A stretch of 45,330 nt of DNA from Folioceros fuciformis. Its lineage: Eukaryota. Made by a program: the position numbers and the translations under genes. The notes beneath the pieces are model-generated. The model searched no databases, was not told the origin of the DNA, and saw only the letters and a program-made list of their open reading frames with translations. The stretch is taken from contig JBNGIO010006073.1 in the NCBI GenBank assembly GCA_049999805.1, positions 1-45,330 on the forward strand. Direction: 5' to 3'. Each line of letters opens with the position of its first letter. The first letter of the stretch is position 1. Below are positions 24,701-36,571 of this stretch, piece after piece.

Positions 24701-27700
24701 GTTTCATCCTTTTGATCGGCAGCTTTTCCAGAAGTAGCCATGTCATCAGCTACTTTGGCTTGGGCCCAAGAAGGAAGCCTGGAGAAGCTAAATTTGAATG
24801 CAGGAGTATCACCGCCTTTTCTATCAACTGTTGTCTGCATGGTGTCATCTGTGACATCTGTAACATCTGTGACATCTTTACTTCCTTCGGCACTGGTACT
24901 GCTGATGCCATGGCCGTATTCTTTTCTCTCGCCGTCATAAATCTCAACAATTGGTTGTTTGAGTCTCTTCGGTATTTTGGCTGCCCTTAATCCGTCTTTT
25001 GAGTGAAACCTGGGCAGAAAAGACTTCAAACTCCTGTGAGGTTGAAGCTCATCGTCATCAATGCAACGCTTGCGCATCATGCGAGAGAGATTGATCGGCA
25101 GCTTCCAGACAAAAATGCAGCTGTCACCACTCACCTATACAACAGAAGGTGTCAGAAACAAGGATTTAATGAATGCTGCATACAAGCGAGTGTGAACCAC
25201 ATAGCCCAAAGAAGAGCTTCCCAGCATGGCAGGAATTTACAGAGACGAGTCGCTGACAATCTGGAAGAAAAGCTAGCCCAGTGATGACTTCAGCATGTCC
25301 AGATGCCTGCGCTAAGAGATCCCCAGTGCTGAAGTCATACAAGCGCATGTACTTGTCTGAATGAGAGCATACCACATAACTGCCACTTATATCAAGTTTA
25401 GCCTGGAACAACAGACCGACGGATTAGCTATCACCCACAGTCATGACAAGTGCATTCGTGATAATTGCCATCGCACCTTGATTGGTTCGCCTATGTCCCC
25501 CTCAGGTTTGAAACTCCTTACAGGCTTACCACTTCCTAGGTTGAGGATGTTTATCTTCTTATCCTAATAAAGGAAAACAGCATGTCATGTGCCGTCCAAC
25601 AAATTCAATTCTGAGTATGCATTGGTCTTCACATATAACTTTTTTTCTACAGAGAAAAGACTACCTGACCCACTGCCACCACGAGCTTAGCAAGACGATC
25701 AATATCCAGATCGTAGATAGTCCCCCTAGGAGCTAACTCTTGATGATAACGGGTACTTCTGCAACCAAAGTTAGATTTGGCCACATTGCGGAAGACAACT
25801 GACCTGCGAAAATTGGGCAAAAAATTGGTTTGTTCATCAGAGTTTGTCCACGGCCATTTGCTTCCTCTTGTAACATGCTCTGACTCCAAGTTAGGAACTC
25901 GCATTCCAGACATTTACTTACTTATCAGCACTGCAACTGAGCAGCTTGGATCCACCACATGCAAACTTCACAGTTGTTATAGAAGCAGAGTGATCATCCA
26001 GTGTTTCAATGACATCGTAGTCCCTACAAAGAAGTCCAAAGGCAATCAGCTATTTAATTAGGGCCAATACTACCAGTGAAAACCGAAGGTATGTCAGCAC
26101 AAGCAAGTTGCTTTCTGCTCATTGAATAACCAACATGGAGGGTAACAATACTCACATGGTTACATCATAGATGTGGATCAGACGATCCCTTCCGCCTGAC
26201 GCCAAAAGAGCGATGCTTGGCTGCTCTGTCGTGGAAGCCTTATCAGCAGCTTTTGAGTAGCTTAACGTCAAAATCTCGGCATCATGAGCTTCCTGCCATG
26301 TTCCCCCACAAGTTGACCAAGCACCTGTCAAATAGTTGCGTGATCAGCACCTCTCATGCCGTCACAGTGCTAATGACATGAGGCACAACCTCAAAACACC
26401 ATACAAGACTCAAGCGTAGGAAGTATAATATACCTGCAAGCTTATCAGCTGAAGTGTGCTCAGATCATATATGCGAAGATTTCCACTTTGATCACCTGCT
26501 GCGAGATGATGGCCATCAGAACTTATGCATATGGAGCGAAACCCTTGTGTCACTGAATCCTCTTCACCTCCTGCCAGGACGCATCGTTCTTTTAAGTCTC
26601 CCTTCGCATCTGCATGTGGAAAACAACAAAAGCTGGATCAAAACAATGGTCCATAGTCCGATCACGCAAGTACATCATGGACTGCCATACAAGGCATGGT
26701 TCAAACAGACGAACCCAGAGTGGGAACAGACCTGAGTACAGCACACCTAATACTTCCTTGCTGTAAATGTTCTTCAGGCTCCCTTCTAAGGAGGATGAGG
26801 GACTACCATCTGGTTCATCGCCTTCAGAACCAAGAGAGATGCACCAAAGCCTTATACTTCCATCTGTAGAGCATGTTGCGAAAGCTCCTTCATTTAAGCG
26901 GGATGGTTCCAGAGACCCTTGATGTGGGAGCATGGGAAGCGTAGCCACATCCCAGACACAAGAATTATGGGCTAGAAACACTTGATGTCGTTCAATCTGC
27001 AATCCGAACATCAAGGACAGACTGTAAGCAGAAGTACCAAGGTACCTCTTATGTTACGTTCCCATGGTCAAACAAAAGTAGGACCGAAATTACCTTAGAT
27101 ACATTCTGGATACCCCAGATTATAAGGCTATGATCTCCGTAAATAACAGCTGCAGTCCGGAGGTGTAGATCAGACTGGGAAAAGACAACGTTACACTCAA
27201 CGGAACGTGTCCAGGAACTGATCCGAGAATACCGAAAGAGTAGGTTCGGCCACCGAGATACCTAGCTTTTCTGCACTCACAAAGCTGCAAGCCACAGCAT
27301 CTGGAAACTTCACGTCTGAAGGAGGATGGTGGCCTGCAGCCAGAGCTACCGCAGCAGCATTGTCTGTCAGTCCATGATAACCAATGGGAACAGGTCGTGG
27401 AAGTGTCGTGCTGTATGCTAGGGACCCCTTCATGAATAAGCGTACTATGCCATCACTGCAAGCACAGGCAACATGCGTCTCCGAAATAGATAAAGCATGA
27501 CCTTGGCGAACCTGAAGCAGACAACCTCCAAGCAATCAGATCAATAAAAAATTGAAGCTGTCCTGAAAACAAATTTCTGTGCAGTCTTTGTGATTTTGTG
27601 CCTTGAAATCAACTGGAGAAGATTTGCTAATGCAGTTCACTGGCTCACAAACCCCAAGAGTTAACAGGGACCATTGGTCAGCATTGCTGAGCACTCGCAG

Positions 27701-29040
27701 ATCCACGTAAGCTCACAAACCCCCACAGTCAACAGACAGCATGAATCAGTACTGCTGGGCTGTCGGGAGATCTGCCGAGTTACCTTCAGATCCACCCACT
27801 TTTCAACTGCAAGGCCAAAATGAAGCAGGCACAGAATGCCTGCAGAAGAAAAGGTCTTATCAGAAGCAAAATCTGTGAGTTAGGGGGAGAGGCAAATCAC
27901 GATGACGAGCTCGTAGGCAGTTAATTCAAATTATGGACGCTGTAATGTGCAAAAGTAGATTGCATACGGAGCACCTCTTACCATTAGCAGTCAATCCATA
28001 GAAAGGTTGCACTTCCCCACCAGTGCCAGTCTCTTTGGTAGGACCACCACAAGACAGTGAAGCAAATGACGCCTCCTTTTGACTGCCAAGTTTTACGGGC
28101 CTCCCTTCCAAGGCAAGATTTCCTGCTCCAGTAGTTCGAGACCGAGCAGCATGGGGGCCAACGACCCAATGTTTGATATGCTTGCTGCCAGCGGTCAAAA
28201 AGAAACTCCCGTCTGTTGAAAATCTGAGAGCAGCAGTAGGATTCCCAACAGCTGAAGTCCTCGTCCTTATTATAACTGTTGCCGTCCTCCACTCCCAGAG
28301 GCACAGGTAACCATCATGAGGCACACCTACGGAGACCAGGTGCTTGCCTGAATCCACCCATAGCAAATTAACTACGATAAGGAGCTTTCAGGTCCAAATG
28401 AGCAAACAGGCTGGAAGATGAAGCAGGCCATTCACCATTGGGAGAAAATTCTACGCATTGGATGCCATATTTGTGCGACTTCAGGTCTGCCACAGAAGCG
28501 CCGGAGTTCGAGTCCCACACAAGCACAGCAGGCTGGTGTCCAGACTGAAAGATGGCAACAGCGGATTTAATACTGGTCTGTGGCGCCCGTTTCGCCAGAA
28601 CAGGAATTGATGCAGCACGTACCTCCCCGGCACATATGAATTTCCCTCCTTGATGCGAATACGCGACGCACGACAACGGCTTGGGCGCCCTGGGAGCGGT
28701 GAGCCAGTTCGTCTGCTTGTTGCTAGCGACATTGTACACTACCACGACGGCCCCGGCCAAATACGCAATGTCCCCAGTCAAGGAATTGCACACAAGACCT
28801 CCGGCATTGCTGGACGTCAGCCCAATCACTCTCTCCAACTCAAGCTGCAGGTACAATCTCTTCATCAGAGCTCACGCAGTTGGCTCACAACAGCTGGGTC
28901 CTTCAGGAAAATGCGACGAGCAGGCAACAAGCTACCCAGGAATTGCCAAGAAGCGGAATCCGCAGTCCAAGAAAAATGCAAGCAACACCCACCTTGCCGT
29001 AAGGCTCGGGCTTTCGGACTTTCCGCCTGACCAGCCTCAT
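21726..29040 (-). CDS. WD40-repeat protein of the MAPKBP1/WDR62 family (multi-exon)
   Basis: First exon 29040-28993 (MRLVRRKVRKPEPYGK) splices to LELERVIGLTSSNAGGLVCN...AYLAGAVVVVYNV. WD repeats include SGHQPAVLVWD, HKYGIQCVEFSPNG, HDGYLCLWEW, CACSDGIVRLF, LAHNSCVWDV, FATCSTDGSIRLW, AHDAEILTLSY, ASGGRDRLIHIYD, GHAEVITGLAF and SGDSCIFVWKL. A long acidic/Ser-rich middle follows, then a C-terminal helix FVMRYSTRFSETLASQVLALVHKELKATQQ*. Internal exons were not all delimited. Confidence 0.9.
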
Positions 29041-29683
29041 GATGGCCCCGTTACGCAGCTGCTTGCAATGTCCACCAGCAACCGAGCACGAGGAGGATGA
29101 CCATCAGACTATGCAGGATATATTTCACATTGCGACCCAACAGGTGCAAATTGTGCCAAGGGACAGGGGAAGATTGGCGAGAACGGAAGCGAAGAAGAAG
29201 GGAGGAAGCAAGAAGGAGAGCCCTAGGAAGCGGAGGACGGTTGGTTGGCAAGTGGATGGCGCCCAGAATTCAAATATCTGTTTGCAGGGGGGTTTGGACT
29301 TCACAGCAGTAGGGAACGCAGGGTGCGGGCCCATGCTTTAAAAGCTGTTACACACAGTACATGTATGTACATCCAATGTTTGCATGTATGTATGTATGTG
29401 GTCCGTCCTGCCAGGCACATGTCCTCCTGCAGGTGTCGTCGTTGCATGCAGAGTGCATCTGTCGGGCCCAGGAAAATGAGGCAGGCTGGATGAACTGGTG
29501 AACGGCCCACATAGTCTACCTCCACAAACACGTGTTATGTTGGTGACTTACATCGATTGCGCAACTGCAGGCCGGCGGGATCTGGTTTTGATTTTAGGAA
29601 AGCTCGCTGCGTGTGCGATGGCTAGTTGCCATGCTCATTTGGGGAGTCATTCTTGTTAGCAGCGGACTGCACCGAGTTGGAAA

Positions 29684-31123
29684 ATGTGTGCAGCCCAGGG
29701 GCTCCATGGCGGTGTCACTTCGCAGGCTGCAGGCCAAGTGGGTTCTGGGTTGGATCGTAGGCGGATGTTGGAAGGCGGTGTGGCAGGCATTAGGGGAGCC
29801 TTAGCGGTTCCTGACAGGGGGCGACTGCGAGTGACCGGGAGGACTGCACCCCCAGCTTTGTGTCTGAGGAGCAGAAGAGAGGTTGGCGTAGGAAGGGTAG
29901 GGTTTGTGGGTTCGGGCCAGACAGGCGATGGGCTTAGGGGATGCAGGGCTTCCTTCAGTGGGAGGAGGGAGGAGGACAAATCTCTCAAGTTTAGGTGTAG
30001 GAGCAGGGCGACGGCGTGCTCTGCGTTTTGGAGGGTGGGGTCGAATGATTCAGAATTATCGGAGGACGATGACGCGCCGAGTCTCTCTCCCAGGTCTAGG
30101 TTTGAGATTCTCAGATCGTGGTTGGTGAAAGTGCAAGAGGTGAGGGTATTGTTGGTGCAACCAGTTGTCGTCTCTGATCTGCTCTCAAACTCGGTGTAGG
30201 GGAGGGGAGGGGAGATTCTATCATTCTAAACGTAGTACCATATTGGTGATTTCTGCCATCAGGCTGACTGGTCTAGGATAATCTTTGGTCTCCCATCGAA
30301 GGAGGACTTGCCTTGGACCGTGCCATGGTCTGGAGAAACTATTTTCCAGGTATGGGAACTGCCAGCTTTGCAAGCTGTTGGTCGCTGGCTTTGGTTGTGA
30401 AGTGGTGGCACTGGACTGTACAGGACTGATGTGCAGATATGGTGTGGGCCGTGGTGACAGGTGATGTTCCTTTGGTTCGCAGCATTCTGGTTGGTGGGAT
30501 CCTGGGTCATTCCAATTGCTGCGCAAGCCGTGGGCTGCAATAAGGACTCGTTGACATACCGCGGTCAAGCTCTTTACAGCCTCATCACTGACGTTGCAGA
30601 AGGGTCAGTGGGGCTCATTATTCTTCAAAGATGCCTGTCCAAGTTTTACCCGCTTCCTGGGGACTGGTTTCCAATATCCTGGCGAGGAAAGTGGTACGTG
30701 GAAGCGTGCCTCGGATGCTTCATGTTCCCACTGGTGAATCGCCTTTCGCAGTTGAATCTGAGTCTCCTGCCCTTCCCCACTCCCTATGCTAGCTCTCAAG
30801 TGGAGCAGTCGATCACGGCAAGGGATCCAGTGGCAACTTTATTGTACGCTGTTGTAGTATCCGTCTGTGCACCTGTCTGGGAGGAGGTCATCTTTAGGGG
30901 ATTTCTTCTACCATCTCTGACCAAATATCTACCTGTGTGGGCTTCAGTCATGGTGAGCTCCTTGGCCTTTGCACTGGCTCACTTCAGTGCGCAGAGACTA
31001 TTCCCCTTAACTTTTCTTGGACTGGTGATGGGGATCATTTTTGTCCGATCCCGCAATCTGCTCGCTTCCATGCTATTACACAGCTTGTGGAACGGTTTTG
31101 TATTTCTTGATCTTCTGAGATGA
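29684..31123 (+). CDS. CPBP-family (type II CAAX / Abi) intramembrane metalloprotease, probably organelle-targeted; about 401 aa
   Basis: Exons 29684-30139, 30263-30349 and 30461-31123 total 1206 nt in frame. Motifs: PWTVPWSGETIFQVM, APVWEEVIFRGFLL (EExxxR), FALAHF (FxxxH) and LLHSLWN (HxxxN). Arg/Gly/Ser-rich N-terminal extension. The start could instead be the ATG at 29765. Confidence 0.9.
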
Positions 31124-32245
31124 TCCTAGTAGGGGGCTCAACCCTTTTTTGTCAGTAGCTTGACTGACGGGTATTGCACAATTCTCCTTATGCTTGCCTT
31201 TCGTCCGGTCGTTTTTCCTTCCCTCTAATGCTGGGTTGAATTAGGCAACATCCAGTGGTGGCGGGTCTCAGTTGGAAGCATCACCGTTGTCATCCATTTT
31301 TGTCCCACATAGTTCTGCTTAGAGGCGCAGAACAGGAGAACTACGAGGTCCCGAAAACAGTTTGGGGTTTGTCTTCCACGGCAACTGTGTCTTTGCACAT
31401 GACTATCTTCCTGAGAAACACCTCCGGCATCCCCCGCTTCCCTTTAACGAATTCATTGGAGTCCCCAGAATTGCGCACCAGGGACTCTTGCGACGTTCGC
31501 TACAGTTGCCAAGACATGTGCCCGACTTGTTCTTTGCTTGAGCAGTAACCTTGGCGCGAGAGGCAGGAATTTCTCTTGCTTTCCGATCTCTTCGTTTCCT
31601 CGCTTTGGACAAATCGTTCTTTTCAGGCATTCCGTATCGAAGAGCCGTAAAATGATCTGCATATCACCTCCTCCTTGGATGGGTCTCATCTCAAGAGTTT
31701 CGGGGTTTAAGGCGCTTTCCACCTAAATTACAAGTCATCATCTAACACTTAGCGTTGAAGACCAGAAATTGTCCAGAACGATGGGTCCTCTAGGATCTGT
31801 TGGCCCATTGCCTTTTTCCATTTCTGCTCAGCCGGACATGACATGACACTTTGGCCCAGTACGGAATACGATTTTTCTTGTTTTTCCATTTCATTTCAAT
31901 AGTCTCCCGATCGTACGTAAGTACATGTGTAGATCACAACGAGACTTTGTAGACCCTGAACCCCATTTTATGGCCCTTCTAAAAACGACATGGTCATATG
32001 AAGGTTGCAGACAGCCAAGGACTCATTTTCCAGTCTCCGAGTCCGTCCGAGGTGAAACCGCCTTGCTGCGGAAGGACGCCCTTCCACGCTGTTGGCAAAT
32101 CAGTCTGGGATTGTGCAGCTGACTGAGAAGTCATCCTCAGTGCATTTCTCCCGCCAGCTCTGACCAAGTATTTGCGGGGGCTTGGACAGTCGGTGTTTGC
32201 AAATGAATCGGTCTCCGCCCGAGGAGCTTAGACTTCTGAGAGGCT

Positions 32246-34842
32246 TCAGTTGGAGACATCTCCATTGTTATCCTTTGCCCATTTCCTCATGATCCTCAGA
32301 ATGTATTCCACCTAGTGAAGAACGTAACAAACGCGTGTGAGCACGAAAAGTGGTTGGCTGTGCGCCAAATCAATGGCAAGGAGAGTTGGGGGCCATCACT
32401 TGGGGATGTGTGGAGTCGCTGAGCAGCAGGATAACGTCCCGCAAACTTTCTCTGGGTTCTTGTCCTGCAATAACCTTTTGGAACACGCCGACACAAGCTC
32501 CCCGCTTTCCCTCCCAGAATTCGCCAGAGTCTTCCATTTTTTCCAAAGCGTCAAATGCTTTGGCAGCGCACAGATATTGGCGAGTTCGGTAGCTTTCATT
32601 GGCAATTAACTGCAGTATGCTGATACGGAAAAATCACGTCAAATGGCATCGAGTTCCTCACCCGGAAAAATCAAGTCAAATGGCATCAAGTTCCTCACCT
32701 CTTCCTTGGCAAGTTGGGTGTGAAAATGGGGAAGGTGTACCTGCAGGTGTCATCCACAGTCTCTAGTTGAAGGTAATGCTCCCAGGCAACTTGAGCCTTG
32801 CCATTCATGATCAAGCAATGCAAGAGCCATGCCAGGTAACAGTAATCCTCTCGATACTTTTCGCTGCAAATGAGGAGCAAGCTCTCCTCAGCCTCAGCGT
32901 AGTCTCCAGTTGCAGCTTTTGCCATGCCATAGTTCCAGTTGAAATCATCCTGGTTGTCTGAGTAAGCTTTGATGGACTGCGATTAGATAATCGCCTGGTG
33001 AAAAACCACGTTCGCGCAGCTTGCAAAATGCAAATACACGAAGACGGTGTCCTCACTGGGTAGAAGTTATCCACCTTCAGATACACAAGAGCCTCTTCGA
33101 ATTGCTTGAGCAAGATGAAGCAGGAAGCCATGCACTGTCGCCCTGGTATGGTGTCGCATTCACTGCTGGATGCTCCAACAATTCGATAATATTGCTCTGC
33201 TTGTTTGATGAGCTCCGTATTGTCAGTTTCTTGGCCCAAGTTTGCACAGGCAACCGCTTTCAGAATGTACTCTTGGGGTGTCGAAGGATCCAAATTTTTA
33301 ACCATATCGTATGCTTGCCGAACTTCTGCAGGCGTCGGTTCAATGACACTCTCTTAGCATAAGGTGGGACATGCTCAAACACAAGCTGTGATCACCATGC
33401 TGACCGCTGTTTCGCAGGTAGTAAATAACAAGGTTCTGTCGGGCTTCAGGCAAGATATCTATCAAAGGTGGGAGTACCTGCATTTGAGACAGCCAAACAA
33501 CGTGAGGATTTAAATGTACATGATTGAATGGGTTGCAACCGCTGCCGTTGGTGTATCGGTACCTGCAAAGCTCCTTTACCGTTTCGGAAAACCACACGAT
33601 TGTGCCTAAGGAGGTCATTTTCCTTCACCGCGTCCTCCAAATTTTTGAGGTCTGCCTCTGCAGTCTTGCCATTATACAACTTGAAATTGTTGCAAGCCTG
33701 AGCATGACCAAATGTTCAATCAGGTGTTACCGTTGCGCAGGCTACTTCAACAGCCATGGGATTAAAACAAAAAGGAAACAGATCGGCGCACCTTCACATT
33801 CACAGCGAGAGCACTTTCTGGGTGAACCTGCAGACACGACAGACGCACTTGGGTGAGTAGTGGGAAGGCTGCCGGCTGTAGCATCTGACACAGGTACATG
33901 TTTCACCTGCAAGTAGGCATTCAGGATCTCCAAGCTCACATCAAAGTAGTCAAGGTTGTAGTAGCACAAACCCACATACACATTCAAGGCCAGCCAATCT
34001 CTAGAGAGAACAAGGGCAAACTATCAACTGTGGCAGTCCTGACAATCACTACCCACTTCATGTACAGACTAGAAGCTGTTAGCAGGAGCGGAAGGGGAAA
34101 TTGTTCAAGAGCACGCCGGCAAGTGCTTGCCTATGGTCAAGCAGGAGACGCTTGTAGATGTCAGTCGCCTCCTGATAATGGGAGCGCATGTAATGAATTG
34201 AGGCGAGGCTGAGTTGATCCTCATTGCCTTGCCCCAGCTTTCCATGGTAATCGATCAATTTTTGCTCATCGTTTTGCCTATGTGCAATGTGGAACAATAT
34301 CCGCACCTGCAGAGGGCACTCCGGCCCTACACCAACTACCAGCAACCTTCAGCATGACACGATGCGACCAAGTACACAGATCTGGAAACTAGGGGTCTTA
34401 GGCTGTGACAACCTGCCAACGCAAATTTCTCCGCATCGTCGTAGAGCCCCATGTAGAACAGGCAAGCTGCTGCGTAGGTGTGATTCATCTGATGGGCGTT
34501 TGGGTCTTCCAAAAGCTGCTTGAACAGCTCCAGAGCCTTGTCGTGCTCCCCATGGTGAAAACTGCAGTATGCGAGCCATTCCAGCGTCTTCCGGTCTGAA
34601 GGTTCTGCCTGCCACTCCAAGACTCAGGCTCCCCCACAAAACAATGCGACATTTGCGTGCACGGAAATGGGCGAATTACGATGGAAGCGTACCAAGTGCT
34701 TGAAGCGAAGCAAGGCCAGCGCTCCAGAGTAATCCCTAGATTCCAAGAACTGCTCCAATTCTGGCACTGCCCGCCGCGCGCCCTGGGATCGACTTCTCTC
34801 TCCGTGAGCTGAGACGGATGAGCGGGCCTTGGACAAGATCAT
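32246..34842 (-). CDS. IFT56: Intraflagellar transport protein 56 (TTC26/DYF-13), TPR protein of IFT-B
   Basis: MILSKAR...[140 protein letters not shown]...AKAFDALE...[29 protein letters not shown]...*. The frame stays open across the hand-spliced exons, including a GC-AG intron (34001-34130) and a 36-nt exon (33792-33827). Confidence 0.95.
32626..32699. repeat. 37-bp tandem duplication in an IFT56 intron
   Basis: cggaaaaatcacgtcaaatggcatcgagttcctcacc followed by cggaaaaatcaagtcaaatggcatcaagttcctcacc (2 mismatches). Confidence 0.9.
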
Positions 34843-35030
34843 GGTTTGAAGTGCGCAGTATCAATCACAGTTCACTGTTGCAATAAGGAAAATTTAGCAG
34901 ACTGTTCCGACTATGGAGATAGGATGTCGGTTACTCCGCAGTCCCGAAATTGCACCTGACAAGATATTTTGCACTTCCTGGTATGTATTGTACGCACATA
35001 GTCTGTGTATCTTTAAAAGTCTGGCATCCT

Positions 35031-35082
35031 CCACTTCCGTCGGAACCTGCTCCACATCCATCGGAACCTGCTCCACATCCGT
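35031..35082. repeat. 21-bp tandem repeat (about 2.5 copies) upstream of IFT56
   Basis: ccacttccgtcggaacctgct / ccacatccatcggaacctgct / ccacatccgt. Confidence 0.85.
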
Positions 35083-35604
35083 TTCCGAGCCCTTGAATCA
35101 ACTTGCGAGCGCTCTCCCTTTATCGATTCCGTCGGTTACGCTCCTCTACATCCTCGTGTAATGTGGGCATAATCCGGTGAGCAAGCCCGAGGTATCAGGC
35201 CCATCAGTCCTTCCGGGAATCCGAGCACAATTCAATCCTTCAATCGATACATATTCCTGCACGGTACTTTGCCGGCTACCGGATCATTCCCTTACGCAAC
35301 GGAGTGACTTGCTTAGCAAGCTTGAGAGTGACCGAGCGGTACCAACCGAACCCTACCGACATTGCACCACAACAAAAGCCACCCCCCTTCCCCTGCTGGA
35401 CTGCGAACTCACCAACTCCATTCGAGTCATTTACTCATCAACCGCACCAATTAGGCCCATTGACGTACGAGCTACAGCGTGTTTTTCAATGCTATACTCC
35501 CTCCCGTTGTGGATCAGCCGTGACGCAGCCGTTCACCGGCCAACAAGCGCAGGAAGTTGTTAAATGCTTAGGTTACCCTCCGCTCATTACCACTCCCAGC
35601 AGCC

Positions 35605-35931
35605 ATGGCGTTTAATCATCTTACCACCGCAGGTGTTGCACTACTCGCGTTCTTTTTAGTGGCCTCGAATTGTCAAACAAAACCTCTTCATGGCGGGGAC
35701 ATTCTGAGCTCTCTCACATTTACGGACGGAGCCAACACAGCTGTGAAGGGAGGAGGCAACGCCGAAGGAGACATCAATTTCCCACTGCCACGCAGCCGTA
35801 GCAACCTGCCTGACCCCATCGATCTCTCTGCCACGAGGCAAGGCGACAACCAAGGAGACATCGGCTTGCCCATCCCAAATCGCAATGCTCGACGCGTAGG
35901 CAACAATCCAGCACTGGGGGATAGATTGTAA
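35605..35931 (+). CDS. Orphan small secreted protein (108 aa), putative peptide precursor with repeated G-D-I-x-[FL]-P-[LI]-P core
   Basis: Single ORF with a strong start context (GCCATGG). Classical signal peptide MAFNHLTTAGVALLAFFLVASNCQT. The mature part is Cys-free and G/N/D/P-rich, with internal repeats GNAEGDINFPLPR (35755-35793) and GDNQGDIGLPIPNR (35842-35883). Confidence 0.75.
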   Translation: MAFNHLTTAGVALLAFFLVASNCQTKPLHGGDILSSLTFTDGANTAVKGGGNAEGDINFPLPRSRSNLPDPIDLSATRQGDNQGDIGLPIPNRNARRVGNNPALGDRL

Positions 35932-36492
35932 CACTCTCCACTTTCAACTGTTATTTTATGCGCGTCAATACGCAATTTCACTATCTTCTAGTACACGAGT
36001 CTGTGTAAGCTTGAAAGACCTAGCAAGTTCCCACCTCATCATCGGAGACTTCCTTCGCAGCTTACAACAGCTGCTTGGGATTACAGTAGCACAGAATATT
36101 GCGTACTCCTTGACCTCTACCTACTCCAAGAGTTATGTACCTAATCGAGATATGTCTGCCGTAGGCCTTGGAGTAATCAGAATCTGAGGCTTTGCCCTCC
36201 TTCTCTGGACACAAAATACAATACTTTGCGTTAAGTCGTACCTGTACCTGGCTTCTACACGAGTGAACAAATCTTCCATAGTCCGTGTGACGGCCTCTAG
36301 GGTAGACCATGGAGATCGCCTACGAAGGTTCGAGGATAGATCCAAACAAAACACGTGATCCATGCAGTTCAGATGCAGACCAGGAAGAGGCATCTCCAGG
36401 ACTCGAGTCACCGAGGCGCTTGCGTGTAAATGCAAAGGCATGCGAAAGCGGACCTCAGCTTAAAAGAAGAGCATGGGAACTGCTTCCAGAAC

Positions 36493-36498
36493 TATATA
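36493..36498 (+). promoter_or_regulatory. Candidate TATA box of the haloperoxidase-like gene
   Basis: TATATA about 75 nt upstream of the ATG at 36572. Confidence 0.35.
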
Positions 36499-36571
36499 TG
36501 TCTAGCGTTTCTACGTTTCCTCTCGACTGCACACATTGACTGCCTCTGGGGCTGGCGCAGCTTCGTGGAGG

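Noticed and set aside
31255-32200. ORFs between the CPBP and IFT56 3' ends (e.g. MPEKNDLSKARKRRDRK...)
   Set aside because: Short, no homology recognised and no coherent exon chain. Consistent with convergent 3' UTRs or intergenic DNA.
35755-35883. Assignment of the peptide cores to CIF/TWS1 (ending IPN; DxNFP) or to AEP-cyclised PawS/cyclotide precursors
   Set aside because: There is no DY sulfation motif, no Cys and no clean Asx-Gly-Leu processing site. The resemblance covers only 3-4 residues.
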